Assembly: GCF_011386835.1 (NCBI RefSeq)
Contig: NC_088800.1
Coordinates: forward strand, 81,778,001 to 81,842,000
DNA from: Chrysemys picta bellii
Taxonomy: Eukaryota
Reading direction: 5' to 3'
Length of the DNA: 64,000 bases
The position numbers and the translations under genes were made by a program. This document shows, in pieces, positions 22,300-35,106 of the stretch (its first letter is position 1; each line of letters starts with the position of its first letter). The notes below the pieces were generated by a model. It worked only from the letters and a program-made list of their open reading frames with translations, was not told where the DNA came from and did no database searches.

Positions 22300-25200
22300 C
22301 TGTGTGGGCGATCGGTTAATGCTGCCAGAGGGTGGCTCAGACTGACAGACGTTCCCTCCCCATCGCCCGTGTAACGCAAACCCGTTAGCTCTCCAGCCCC
22401 CGCCACTGGAGGGGAGATTGGGTCTGAATGCATAGTGCAGGCTGTCTCCTGCTCCCATAAAGCAGTAGTCAGGAGGACACTGGGCCTAGCCTGCAGGGGA
22501 TCTGCTGCTCTCAGCGGAAGTGTGGTTGTTTCCACCACGGGGCGGCACAGAGAGAGCAGGCCTGAGTGCGTCACAGCAGCCACCGTTCGTGCCAGGATAC
22601 TACAGGCCCGAAGGGGAGTCTCTGGCACCAACCATTCAGAAAGCGCCTTCGAGTTGGAAAAGGGGCAAGTTAGATCAGGAGTGGACACAGCACCGGGACC
22701 GGCCCGGATCCTTCGGTACAGCAGAGCCAGACTGAAATCGAGTGTTCACCCAGGCCGTGGTCCAACTCCCAGTGTAGGAGGAGCTGGCTTAGGTCTCTAC
22801 AGCAGAAACCTTTGCTCTCTAACCTGCTGGAGCCACAGCTCCCCCGTTCTCAGCCAGCCACGGCTGCCTCAGCCTTACCTTTGTGGATAAAATGAGCTAC
22901 TTTTTGGAAGTCCTCTTCCCGGAATCCCCTGGAGGTCAACGCTGGTGTCCCAAGCCTCAGGCCGCTTGGGCGCAAGGCACTCTTGTCACCTGTGTCAAAA
23001 GACCTGTCAGGAGAACCACGCTCCCACAAGCGCCACTGGAAGGAGCAAGCGTAGTCCCGTGACCAGTGGTCTTGGCTGGAGTTATTTCGGGGGGAGCGGC
23101 AGGAGGGTGGGATCCTTCATCTTAGAGCTCTCTCTAGCTTGGTTTGGGGTTGTCCACATGCCCCTCTCTGCCCAGCTCTCATAAGGAGGCTGCATGGCGA
23201 AACAGGAAAGCCACTGGCCTCTAGGTTTACAGCCCCAAGACTTGGCCGTGACCCCTCTGATCGCCTGGAAGCAACAGTGAAGAGGTACATTTAACTGTCG
23301 TTGGGCTGGTGGGAACAGCAAGCCAGGTCCTGATCAGCCAGTGCCAATTCCCTTTCAGCCCCAGCATGAACCAGAGCTTAGAAGGAAAGAAAGAGCAGCC
23401 GCCACGCTCCATCCTCTCATTGCCCCCCATGGGAAACGTCTCCAGCCAGCAAGGCCATGAGGCGAGTCTCATTCTAGGATTCGCTGTCGGCATGGGAGAG
23501 AAAAGCCTGCCTCTGCTTCCAGCCTGCAAGGCTCCTCTATCTACAGGCTTCCCCCAAGCCCACTGGTTTGATGCACTGATCAGACGTGGAGAGAGCAGGA
23601 GCACCTATTTAAATGCTACATGGTTATGTAGTCCCTTTTATACAGGCAGCTCCAGCATGGAAATGCAGCCACTTCTGGGGTGGAGTGTAGCGCAGTGCAG
23701 TGGAGGGCAGAGGGGTAATTGGGGGTGAGGGCAGTAGGCAAACAAGTACTCTAACGTGGGAGTGTCTGCAGAGGAGCTAGGCATGTGCTGCTTTAACGGC
23801 TCTCCCCCCCCCCCCCCCAGGCACATGCACCAGAGAACTTAGAGTGAAGCCTGAATTATCCCTGCTGGGTGTGGAGCTTGGGGGAGGCGGGTGTTTCCAA
23901 GCTCATGAGGCAGAGAAGAGGAGTTGAATTCAGCTCCCTGACCTGGCCCTGGGCTTGGAACTGTGGCACAGGGGCTGCTTGGGTCACAGACCAAACGCAT
24001 CAGCGTGGAGCTGGCTCCTCCAGAAATTAAGGCTGCGATTCTGTCACAGAGGTTGCGGAAGTTGTGGATTCCACGACCTCCACAGCTGCAGCGGCCGGTG
24101 CAGCTGACCCCAGGACCTACCCTGGGGCCAGCCGCTTGGATGTCCTGTGCCCAGCCATTGCTCGGGCGGCCGGTGCGGCTGGCCGCAGGGAAGGCCTGAG
24201 TATGTCCCGAGGGCTGTCAGGAGAGCAGTTCCCCGGGGGCCTTGGATCAATGGGCCACCAGGGGCAGTCAGCCCCCACCGCTAGAGCAGGGGGGCCCCAG
24301 AACAGCAGGGCCCCCGGAGCAGAGGTTTAGTCACCATGGGTATTTATAGTAAGTCACTGGCTGTGAATTTTTGTTTATGGCCAGTGACCTGTCCGTGACT
24401 TTTACTAAAAATACCCCTGACTAAATCTTAGCCTCACCCACAACACTTCAGAGTAAATCTACCTGAAGTGCTTACCAGAGAACAAGCTCACAAGCGAGAA
24501 CCCCAAGGGCACAGGGAGGTGAAGGGTTAACACTGGGAAAGGAAGACCTATTCGTGCTGAAGGAACATTCCCAGGTGCTGTCCTTGGTGGCTCTCCAGCG
24601 TCTGGCAGAACACACCGAGTACAGAGCCACCTGCCCCTTTTCAATCCTTACGCTGTAGGAAACCTCCTTGCCTGCCTCAGACCTTCCTCCTCTCACCTGG
24701 AGCAGAGATCTGTCCCAGCCCCCAAGGGAAGGCTTCTCAAGTGAGAGCAGGTTTGTCTGGCTTGACCTTACTTCAATGAAGTCTCTTCCCCTCACTGATT
24801 GAAACAGTTCTAAGTGTGGCCACTAGGGGGCCTAGCACAGCTTGCCAAGCCTGCAACACTCAATTGTCAGCCAAGACCTCAGATCTGCAGCCCTAAAGAG
24901 AAGGCTCCTAAATCCATATTTTGGCACCTAGCAAAGTGGCCCCGTTTCCCCAAGGATCCCGAGCAACCCCAGCTCTCCAGGTGCTGCCCTGTATCAGGCT
25001 GCAACCGGTGTGAAACTGCAACCTCCGCTGAGTAGTCAGTTGAGAGAGGAGCCCCTCACCAGGACAGGTGTTCTTGTTACAGGCAATGGAACAGACTTCC
25101 AGCACCCGCTCGGCTCTCCCGCCATCCGTCCCTCTGTTGCGCAGGTCCACGAGGATCAAGTGGTTGTCAGAGCCCCCTGGGAGACGAATACAAGGACATG

Positions 25201-28200
25201 AACTCTAGTGCGTTGGACGTCGCTGAGGCTGGGATATTGGAAGTTAAGCACTTGGGCTGTCCTACTCCCACGGACCATTGCAGTTATAACCACAATGCTG
25301 CGGGGAGCAAAAGTCGGGCCACAGGGTGGTGGAGCCGCCTGCCATGGGGCAGGGAAGTGCTCCGGCAAAGGCAGGGCTGGGAGAACAGGAACTATCCGAT
25401 GTCCAAAGGAACCAGGCCTACTAGCTAATGTGTCCTTCTTATTGGCTTGAGGTTCGCTGCTGTGTCTATGGCTCGGGCCACAACAACGTATTAGATGTCT
25501 GTATCGTTTCTGTGCGCCAAGCCCTGTGCTCAAACTCTCCCCGGATGGGTGGCTGGAGGAAGATCTCCCTGCACGTGTATCCTAAAAGGCTGTGTTATAA
25601 CAGAGCTCCGGCACTTTCTATAACCGTCGCAACCCAGCCTGAGTCTGTGGCCTTCACTAGGGTTGGGATCAGACCCCAGGCAATAGAAACGGCCTCATTT
25701 TCAGCAGGAAATGCAGTGGCTACCTGGTCGTTGTCCTTACCGGTGACGACATGGTAGCCCAGTGTGATCATAGTTGCAGACAGTGCCTTGCAGTTTGCGA
25801 CAACCTGCCATTGATAGGCTTTGAATTCCGGGGTCATGGCTTGCTTCAAAGTGACAGCGATTCCTGGGCAGAAAGGAAAAGCGTTGCGTCTCCAGGCTGG
25901 CAGCGGGACGCCAGGCTGCCCCGTGCCTGCAGTGACAACGAAACCCTGGCCTGGAAAGCTGAGAAACTAGAATCACGGCTGCAGATCTTTGCTCCACGAA
26001 GCACCTATTAGCTGTCAGTGCTGCAGGGTCCACGTCTACACTAGCTGTGTCTTACGAGTTCTAGTGAGAGGCCCAAGGGACTTGTGAACTCCATGGCGGA
26101 ATTTAATTCCATTTATACAGCTGCCACAATGTCACTAGCTAATGCCCAATGGTCTGATGGGTCAGTGTCACGGGCCCACTGCAGGGGGAGAGTTCTCCAG
26201 CGGGATTCCAGATTTCTGCAGCGCAGTGGCCAGATGGGTAGAGTGCAATTGTGTCTTTTGCGTGGTATCTTTCCCCCACCTCAGCACTGAATACCAAGAC
26301 GTAGATCTGGACTCTCCCCATTGGCGGAAAATCCCCTGCTGCCTATTTCTATCAATAGGGAGAGGAATGTGGGAATCCACAGAATAAAGGCTCTTCTTGC
26401 TGATCGACAGGAAGGGCTCGGCCAGGGGAGAAGGGTTCCAGCCAGAGGATGATGCTCTGCTGTTCTTTAGTGCCGGCTATCGGAGGATCTCAAAGCTCGC
26501 TGCAAACTGACTAGCCCTCCCGCCCTCTGAGCTGTAGGGCCATTGTACATCTGGGGAAAGAGGCAGAGAGGAATCTGACCCAGAATGACAGGAAGGCAGG
26601 GCTCCCCACTCTCATGCTGGGGCCTGCCTGTGGAGGTACCATCAGCCCTGGGTCGCTAGCCCCTGACCTTCACATCCCCATACACAGCCTTGGTCACCTT
26701 CAGTACTGGAGTTTTAGCTCCCATATGGTACAAGGTAAGAGGACGTACTAGAGACCAGCAGAATATTGGGCAGTGGGGGGGCTGCAAACTCGTCTGGGTG
26801 TTGGTCGGGGGGGGGGGGAGGGGCTCATCTGTGGGACCCTGCACTGGGCCCTGCCTCCCCAGCTTATGTGGCCTGGCAGGGACTCCTGTGTGGAGCCAAA
26901 TATCCCTTTGGCCATCAGCTGCAGTGGGCACCGTTAAGCAACAAGCGCATTTTCTCCTGTTTCAAGCCCTGCAACTTTGGCTGGAACTAGACACCCCCCG
27001 GCCCAGCGTTAAAGTTCAGCCCCTGAGCAGCCCTACAGGGCCCCTTACCTGCAATGGCATGGTTGTGAGGCCCTCCCTGAAGCCCTGGGAAGACAGCCTG
27101 GTTGATGAGGCTTTCCAGGTTGTATGGAATTTCCTTGCCAGTCTTGGGATCCATGCTGCGAGCTCCTAGGAGGGAAAGGGGATGGTCACTGTCTAAGGGG
27201 CACAGCTCACACATTCTTCATACAACTTCTCCCGTGTTCTATACCCGGGTGGGTTTAGATCAGTCTCGTTTTAACCCCGGGGGCGCTGGAGTCAGGATGT
27301 CACAGCGCTGAGCCCCAGCCGTGTGCTTGGAGCTGTGCAGAGCCCACTACGGCCTGTGGAACTTGCAAACTCAAAGCACAAGCGGGCACCAGCTGGGTGC
27401 TAGGCAGGAGGGGAGAGGAGGGTGGCGGGCTTAGGAGAGAGCTGCGGAGGGGTTTGAATGAGGAAAGGGTGACTGTGTAACCCACTCTGTGGTGCTCTGA
27501 CCCCTGTAAGGGGTGACGGGGCCACAGCCTGAGGCTGATGAACCTGCGACAGCCCTGCCGGATGAAGGTAGATCTTTTAACTTCGGCAGTAGAGGCTCAG
27601 GCCTTAAAATGCACAGCCCCCGGTTCAATCCCTGCTGCCCCGACCCAGGCCTGTACAGGGAATTGAGCTGGGCCGGGCAGGGGGCAGCATGGAGGAGCTC
27701 ACAAGGGAATGGCAAACCGGATTCATTGGCAAAGCCTGGCTCAGGGTGGAGGGAAGAGAGAGCAGAGAGGGAAGCCCGGCTGGGCAGAGCCGAGGAAGCC
27801 AGACTGAGAAGCTTTGCGAGAGGGTCATGATAAACCTGTCCAGCTCCACCCTGGGAGCATCACTGACCACATGCAGCCTGGGACTTAGTTAAATCTTATC
27901 GAACACGAGGGCCGCTCACGCTGAGGGATTGGTTCCAGGCAGGCTTCATGGGAAGCGTGTCCCCTACTGAATCGCCCACACCACTCCCTGGAACACCTAG
28001 TTCATCCTTGGGCATCTGCCAACCAAGTTGCTCACCCAGGCTGTCCCATTCATTTGGGGATCTAATACTGCCCTGGGAAAGACAAGCCCTTTCCCCCCTT
28101 CTCTGAAAGCTGCAATCTTGGCTTCCATGGCTCCCGCCAGCCAGAGAGAGGAGGAACCAGCCTTGGCTCCGATTTCGCACTAGCTCTAAGGTCCCCAAAT

Positions 28201-31200
28201 GGCCCGCCCGGGGCCTTTCATCCTCTGCTCGCTCCGTGGCCCAAACCTTTCCGATAGAAGATCATGCCGGCCCGGCAGCCTCTCAGCGTCTTGTGCGTCG
28301 TGGTCGACACAACGTCACAGTGTTCAAACGGCGACGGCACCACGCCGGCTGCCACCAAGCCGCTGATGTGGGCCATGTCGGCCAGGAGGTAAGCCCCGTT
28401 CTCATCCGCGATCTTCCGCATGCGGGCGTAGTCCAGGTTACGCGAGTAACAGCTGACGCCTGGGCCAGGAGAAAACACCAGCCTCAGGGCGGGTCTATGC
28501 TGTGTGATTGACACCCCTGAGTGAGTTAGCGGTGTAGCCGCGGCGGCACGGGCTGTACGACCCGCCCAAACCCTGGGTAATTAGTCAGGCAGCTCTCCCA
28601 GCACAAGACCACATGGAGGAAATATTTCAAAGTCCAGGAGCCAGACCATGGGAAGGGCCCAGGATTTGGCCATAGGAGGCCAGGGTGAGACAAGTGGCAG
28701 GAAAAGTCCCACTGCCCAGCAGGGAGAGGCAGACACCTGGTCCAGGCCACCGAAATAGCAGCTGCTAAACTGCCCCCCCCCCCCCCACGGTGCTTGGGCT
28801 CAGATCCAAACCAGTGCATCCCTGAGGAGCCTGAAGAGGGGGGAGTGACTTGGTGCTGGCCATGCAATGCATTGGTGGTGGCAGAACACCAGAATCCTGA
28901 CTCCTAGTCCCCCTCCCCAAGTCGCCGCAGTGTCCGCACAGAGGCGGCTCAGAACGTAAGTCAGGATGCTGCGTGCTTGCTGAAATTCGCCACGCTGCTC
29001 CCGAGTGCCTAGCCAGCGACTCAGCCCTGTGGCTGGGATCTTTCAATAGCCCGGAGGAAAGGAATCTACCTGCTGCCCAGAGCCTCCGACAGCTGCTTTT
29101 CCTTCCCCACCCACTTACCTGCTATGATCAACTTTGGGTGGAATAAGCGGGCGTTCTCCTCCAGCCGGTCGTAGTCGATATAGCCAGTGGTGGGATTGAC
29201 CTGGTAAGGGAGCAGCACGAAGAGACACGCAGGGTAAGCACCATGCACCTCTAGCCTGAGAGGAGAGACGGCTACATCTCGCTCTGCGGCAGCGCTCATC
29301 AGCTAACACTGTCCGCCCCAGCTGTCCCAGGAAGCCCTCGCCGAGTTAAAGGGTTAACGACGGCAGCTCCGTGACGGGTCTGCAGAGCAGACAGTGGCTA
29401 TTCTCTACTCCTGGGGTTGTCAGAGAGAACCTTCTGCACAGCCCTGCTCTGATCTCCCTGGCATCCTCCATTAAAGGGCCACAGGTCGAGTCAGCTGTTG
29501 ATGTCACACTGCAAGTTGTTACCAAATGCAGGAGGGAGCAACTGCCCCCCCCCCCCCCCCCCGCCGCCCATCTGTTCTCTGAGAACCCAGAACCCAAGGT
29601 CAGTGATTAATAGCCTAGGGTCACACTGAACAGTAACCAAATAGGCATTCAGGCTCAATATGGCAGCCCAAATACCACGCTAGCGAGAGAATTTGCCATG
29701 TTTAATAAGATGGAGCCTTTATAGAGCGGGTCAAAAACGTTAACACTGTCTGGGAACCAACGTGTGAAAGATGTAAATATCACTGTTCCCATTTGATAGA
29801 TAGCCACTTCGGTGCCTCAGTTTCCCTAACCCAGGGTCATCCACTTGAATCACTGGCAGAGCTGGCAACAGAAAGCAGCTCTCTTGAGTCCCGGGCGGAT
29901 GCTCAGCTCACACGTCCCTTGTGATTGGAATATAAAGGTGAGCGTAGCACGATCCTGGCTAACTCGTACTTCCACCCAGGTGAGCACTGTTTCATCGGGG
30001 GCTCCATCTCTGCTGAAATAACCCTGCCGTCGTTACTGGTGCGGCTCCAACTCACAGAGGAAGCTACTGGTAGAAGTTTGGGCAACTGCAGCAGAAGTTT
30101 TCACCCATGCCAGCTGGGTTCCCGGTGCAAACGCTGACTTAACCCACCCCTCAGAGGCTGGCCCAGCCTTTGTTCCATTCCCCCTTTGGGACAATGGCAC
30201 CAGAGGTGGACCGCTGCAAGCCTCCCACTTGAGCCCGGAGCCCCGTTCAGGGCTCAGCAGAGCCGCCACACACTGGGTGGGCCAGCAGGGCTCTGGAGAG
30301 ACAACTGGAGGGTTAAGGCCCTGAGCCAACGTCTATTGCAGCCAATAGAAAGACACCCTCCCCGCCCCCCATGCCTTCAGTGGGGCTTGGATCAGGCCCG
30401 GTGTATTTGTACTGTGGCCCATCAGCCTCCAGCACCACCATTTGCCTCAGGAAAACTATTTAACCCTTCGGTATCCACCATCTTAGCACACCCTCCTCTC
30501 TGCTAACACACCAAGAAATCCCAGCTCCCCAGGCAGGGCATGAAGCCAGCACAAGTAGCTTGCATGGAAGAGGAGTGACAATTGCTGGCCTCCACTGATC
30601 TCCTCCCAATCAGCCGGGATTTCCAAAGCCGGGTGGAGTCCCCTTACCTTGTAGGGCATGGATTCAAAGAAGATCGAGGTAGCCGAGATTTTCTTCTTGT
30701 CCGTCATGAAGCCGTGGGTCAGGTGCCCCCCGTCAGGCAAGTCCAGACCCATGATCCTGCCATGGGGCTCCACCAGGGCCGTGTATACCGCAAAGTTAGC
30801 GGGGGAGCCTACAACGAAAGGCAGCCCCTAAGCACACTGAGCCTTTGGTACCGCTGCTCTCGGAGGGGGGGGGCCAGGATCCGGGCTGTGACCTTGGGAA
30901 GGGGTTTTTAAAGCAGTCTCCTCTGAGCACCCCGACTTGTACCCAGCCCAGGAAGAGGGGCTGGGTTCTGGAACGCAGGGGTCCCAATGGCTCGGCAATT
31001 GGCAAGGCCATCCCCGTTCCCCTACTCCCAGGGAGGATCTGGGCTTTGTTACCTGAGTATGGCTGGACATTGACCCCCCATTTCTGTGGGTCCAGCCCGT
31101 AAGCCTCCAGCGCTCTCTTCTGGCAGAGGATCTCCAGCTCATCCACAAACTCCGTCCCGCCGTAGTACCTGCAACACGGACGAGAAGAGCAGGAGTCTCA

Positions 31201-33233
31201 CAGCATCAGCGCCGCCTCGCGTTTCCAGCCCCGACGCCAGTGGCAGAGTACAAGCTAACCGGACCCCTCTTCTCTCCCCCAGGGGTCTGGGCAGGAGCCG
31301 GCCTGATGCTCCACAGGCTCGGCAGGGACAGTCCTAGCAGGGAAGCTGCAGGCCGACGGCCCACGTTGGCCTCATTCTGCGAGGAGCGAAGTGCAGCCGG
31401 GTCTGTTACTGCCTCGGGAAAGGACCAATTTACAGCCGGTGGCTGCTTGGGCCCGTCACGGAGCAGCGATCGCTTCCTCAAGGACAGTGAGCCAAGCCAG
31501 GGACGGTTGGACTCTCTCCCACCCCCAGAAAACACCCTTTGGATGTGAATCCCCCCCACATTCCACACCTCTGTCCCGGGTACCCCTCCGAGTATTTATT
31601 GTTCATGCAGGAGCCCAGGGCCTCCAGAACCGCTCGGCTTGCAAAGTTCTCGGACGCAATCAGCTCCAACCCCAGCCTCTGGCGCCGCTTCTCTTTCTTG
31701 ATGAGGTCATACACCTTTAAGAGAGAAGAAGCCCCCTCCTTATCAGTCCTGTACAGAGCATCGGACGCTGGGAGGTGCGCTCTCATTTGTGTCTCCCCCC
31801 TCTACGATGGGGGACAGACGGGAGAATGGAAAGATACAGAGACATCCCGCCATGGACAAGGGAGGCAAGAATCCTCTCTCTTGTGCCTGTGAACCTGGAA
31901 CACCGGGCGTCGTTCTACCAGAAAGATACTGACAGACTGGAGCGCGTGCAGGGAAGAGCAAGAAGAGACCCGGGGAGGGAGGCTGACTCACTGCAGTTAA
32001 AAATAGAGCTTGGCTAAGGGTACATCTACACTACAGGGGGGAGTTGATTTAAGATACGCAAATTCAGCTACGTGAATAGCGTAGCTGAATTCGACGTATC
32101 GCAGCCGACTTACCCCGCTGTGAGGATGGCGGCAAAATCGACTTCTGCGGCTTTCTGTCGGCGGCGCTTACTCCCACCTCCGCTGGTGGAGTAAGAGCGC
32201 CGATTCGGGGATCGATTGTCGCGTCCCAACGAGACGTGATAAATCGATCCCCGAGAGGTCGATTTCTACCCGCCGATTCAGGCGGGTAGTGTAGACCTAG
32301 CCTAAGGGAATGTAGACGGGGGAGACACAAATCCACAAATATTGGGAAGATGATGAGAATACGCAGGACGGGGAGAAGTTATTTAGGGCAGTGCCAGGGG
32401 GAATAACCTAGGCCTAACACGATGAAATTAAGCACACGTTAGCCTGCATGTTAGAAGACGTTTCCCAAAAGTGAGCACTTGGAAGAACATTGATACTGAA
32501 CGGAGCAAGGCACTATGGAAGTGAAAATTGGCTGGAAGAAAGAAACAGGCGACTTTCTAATGGCTATAGATCTCCCCTTCTCATTTGCTCCATTGTCATG
32601 GAACAAGCTGCTAGATGCAAGGGCCACAGCTGTGCTCATTTCCATATAAATAATATCCGATCCCGTTTGGAAAAAAAGACCCTGGGCCTGAGAAATCTGG
32701 GATGAGACAATGAATAGAGCTATTATGTGGCACCGCTATAGGCCACCACATGGGAGCGTTGGGTTTGGAGGGAACTTCAGACTCACGGCAGCAGGGGCTG
32801 GGAACACCATGGAGGTAATGCTCCCAGTCACTGGTGAGGAGAGCTACCAAGCCCTCTCTTTTGCCACCCCTTTGGGGCTGCCGCGTGTGGCAGAGGGAAT
32901 GGGAAATGAGGTGAGTGGAGGCAAGTGACAACCCAGGACTGGATGACCAAACTTGGACTGACCCACCAGCCTGAGTCATTGCCTCAGGAAGATCAACATC
33001 CCTTTGGTTGCATGGGTCCCGGAGCTGGGAGGATGAATCAAGATCTCGTGCCACGAGTGCTTGGGTTTCCCCTCTGCCAAAATGCACACAACCCTTTCCC
33101 CACCACAAACGCTGGAAAAAAGCCTTCTCACCTCCGGGTCACTGGTATCAAGCGGCTCCATGACCATCTTGTTATGGGACATCCAGAGTTCAGCGCTGGG
33201 GAGCTCTCCATTGACATTGGTTAAGTGAGCCAT
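22127..33233 (-). CDS. SHMT1: Serine hydroxymethyltransferase 1 (cytosolic), complete; join complement(33132..33233,31569..31714,31053..31168,30648..30808,29119..29200,28247..28459,27049..27165,25741..25863,25060..25176,22879..22989,22127..22299), ~486 aa
   Basis: [52 protein letters not shown]-lysine motif [54 protein letters not shown]-terminus FPLPGLPVL*. No mitochondrial presequence; SMCR8 synteny identifies SHMT1 rather than SHMT2. Total 1461 nt. Confidence 0.97.
22879..22989 (-). CDS. SHMT1: SHMT1 coding exon 10 ([21 protein letters not shown]...)
   Basis: Acceptor AG 22991-22990; donor GTAAG 22878-22874. Confidence 0.95.
24030..24434. mobile_element. Non-autonomous TIR element (probably Harbinger-like)
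   Basis: Imperfect TIR AGGCTGCGATTCTGTCA vs reverse complement of right end AGGCTAAGATTTAGTCA; GC-rich interior; TSD unclear. Confidence 0.5.
25060..25176 (-). CDS. SHMT1: SHMT1 coding exon 9 ([38 protein letters not shown])
   Basis: Acceptor AG 25178-25177; donor GTGAG 25059-25055. Confidence 0.95.
25741..25863 (-). CDS. SHMT1: SHMT1 coding exon 8 ([28 protein letters not shown]...)
   Basis: Acceptor AG 25865-25864; donor GTAAG 25740-25736. Confidence 0.95.
27049..27165 (-). CDS. SHMT1: SHMT1 coding exon 7 ([38 protein letters not shown])
   Basis: Acceptor AG 27167-27166; donor GTAAG 27048-27044. Confidence 0.95.
28247..28459 (-). CDS. SHMT1: SHMT1 coding exon 6 (contains PLP-binding Lys, TTHKTLRG)
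   Basis: Acceptor AG 28461-28460; donor GT 28246-28245. Confidence 0.95.
29119..29200 (-). CDS. SHMT1: SHMT1 coding exon 5 ([27 protein letters not shown])
   Basis: Acceptor AG 29202-29201; donor GTAAG 29118-29114. Confidence 0.95.
30648..30808 (-). CDS. SHMT1: SHMT1 coding exon 4 ([32 protein letters not shown]...MPYK)
   Basis: Acceptor AG 30810-30809; donor GTAAG 30647-30643. Confidence 0.95.
31053..31168 (-). CDS. SHMT1: SHMT1 coding exon 3 ([38 protein letters not shown])
   Basis: Acceptor AG 31170-31169; donor GTAAC 31052-31048. Confidence 0.95.
31569..31714 (-). CDS. SHMT1: SHMT1 coding exon 2 ([24 protein letters not shown]...YPGQR)
   Basis: Acceptor AG 31716-31715; donor GT 31568-31567. 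Confidence 0.95.
31870..32420 (+). mobile_element. Degenerate CR1 ORF2 3' fragment with nested MITE
   Basis: ...[17 protein letters not shown]... resembles the CR1 RT C-terminal KDIDKLERVQRRAT motif; sequence resumes after the MITE. Confidence 0.6.
32018..32302. mobile_element. PIF/Harbinger-like MITE, 285 bp
   Basis: TAA TSD on both sides (32015-17, 32303-05); TIR GGGTACATCTACACTAC / GTAGTGTAGACCTAGCC; internal palindromes; many intact CpGs. Confidence 0.9.
33132..33233 (-). CDS. SHMT1: SHMT1 first coding exon ([34 protein letters not shown])
   Basis: ATG 33233; acceptor TTTTCAG ends at 33268; donor GTGAG 33131-33127; resembles human ..LWSSHDKMLAQPLKDSDVE. Confidence 0.9.
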
Positions 33234-34639
33234 GCTGGGGGCAGCTGCTTGCTTGATATATCGTGGTCTGAAAACAAACAGAGTGAGACAGCTTGTAGAG
33301 TACTGTTAAAAACAACCACCCACCGGAGGTGAACTCTCCCAGGGTGTGACCTGACGTTCCAGTTTGCAGCCTGCAGTGAATTAAGTGCCGAGTTATAAAT
33401 TATAAACCCCAATGAATCTATGAATACAGGGCCTGATCCAAATCCATGGAAAGAACTGATTTCAGTGTGGTTGGGACCAAGCTGATAATGAAAACTCTAC
33501 AGTTCAGAGAGACCCCATCCATTGAAAATCTAGTCCATTTTTTTAAAAAGTGTCATTTCAGGGCTATCCCTACCCCTGCCAGTTGTTGTGGTTCTACAAT
33601 CACTTGGCTATTTTAGCTGTTTTTCTTTTCTTTGTTGCTGGGTCAGAGATCCACACATACAACCGGGGAAAACTGTTGATCTGACTCTACACAGGAAATA
33701 GCGAAACTGGGCATTTGCCAGCACTTGGTGTGGTCAAAATCACACTGAAGAGAGAAAAGTATTGTTTTTCCTCCAAACTCTTAGTTCCAGAAAGGTTAGG
33801 ACCTACTTGTAACAGTAATTGGTAAATACATTTTTGGACAGAAGTATGTTTTTTTTTTTAAATTGCTGCTCTGCTTAAAGGGACAGGCTGCTTGAAACAT
33901 ACAAGAGATATTAAATTCACCACACTGTCTGATAAATGTCTCTGCCACCCTTATTTACAAGTAGCACCTTGCACGCAGGAGTAGTCCCATGTAAGACCAC
34001 AGGATTTCTCATATGAGCAAGGCCCTGCCCGATATGACTAAGGGTCACAGAGCAGGTCAAAGGCCCAGAGCGTGTGTGTTACAGTACACTGGATCCATGC
34101 CAAGTGCCATATTTACAGTAAGTGTGACCATCAGGCCTGACCAATGCAATTCGAAAAGCTACGTATCCACTAATCAAAGTCCAGCAACGTGACTTCTGTG
34201 GAGCTCATACGCTAACAAGCATAAACTCTGAGTCATGTCTTAGTCAAAAACAAAAACTCCTTTTAAACATTAACTCCTCAAGGCTAGTGAAAGGCCATGT
34301 ACAGCTAATGAGGCAATCTCATTTTGTTTGCTAGTGCCAAATAACTAAAGGCCATCTGGAAAGCCGTCTGCCCTGGCTTGAGAGCTCCTCCCGCCCTGCA
34401 ATTCTAAATTTACCTTTATTCCCCCATGAATCTGCTGTTAGCTCTTTGTGGCACTGTAAATTCTGCACCTCCGAAAAGCTGAATTGCAAAAATGGAGTCA
34501 GAATGAAATGTGGCTTAGGTTGGAAAAGTAGGATTTGCCTTTCCATGCAGGCTGATATCCCAGCTCCGGCCAGACCAGATCATTATTAACTAACAAATAA
34601 TAAGCTCTTCTCTAGCATTTGTCACTGGTATATCCCTAT

Positions 34640-34815
34640 CACCGTTACAGAAGGTGGGTGGACAAGTACTGTTCTCTCCACTTCAATGGGGAAAGCAAGG
34701 CAGGGTGAAGCAAATTGCCAAAAGTCACAAAGAGTAAGTGGCAGAAAAGGAACCCGTGTACGAAATTGAGTCCCTCCCTCACTCCCATTCCAGGGCTCTA
34801 GCCACTGGACCATGC
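34640..34815 (-). mobile_element. MIR/CORE-SINE-like relic
   Basis: ...aggcagggtgaagcaaattgccaaaagtcacaaagagtaagtggcagaaaagg...cagggctctagccactggaccatgct resembles the MIR core; boundaries approximate. Confidence 0.55.
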
Positions 34816-35106
34816 TATCCATTAAGTGCTTACTGTTTATTCAGCGCTATACAGGAAACAAAAGATATGGTCCCTGATCCAAGGATCATATCCAACCCAC
34901 CGGTCCGTCAGATCCTGTATCTCAACTCTGGCAGTAGCCGACACCTGATGCTTCAGGAAAAGCACTATGTAGTTCACTTTGTGCCCTTCAGCTAGGGTCT
35001 GTGTTATACATTTTGGCTGGAGACAGCTCCCATTCAACTTATAAAATATTACAATCAGTAAAATAATTATTTTCCTGTTCACCTGCAGTAGGCCTCAAAG
35101 AAAAGA

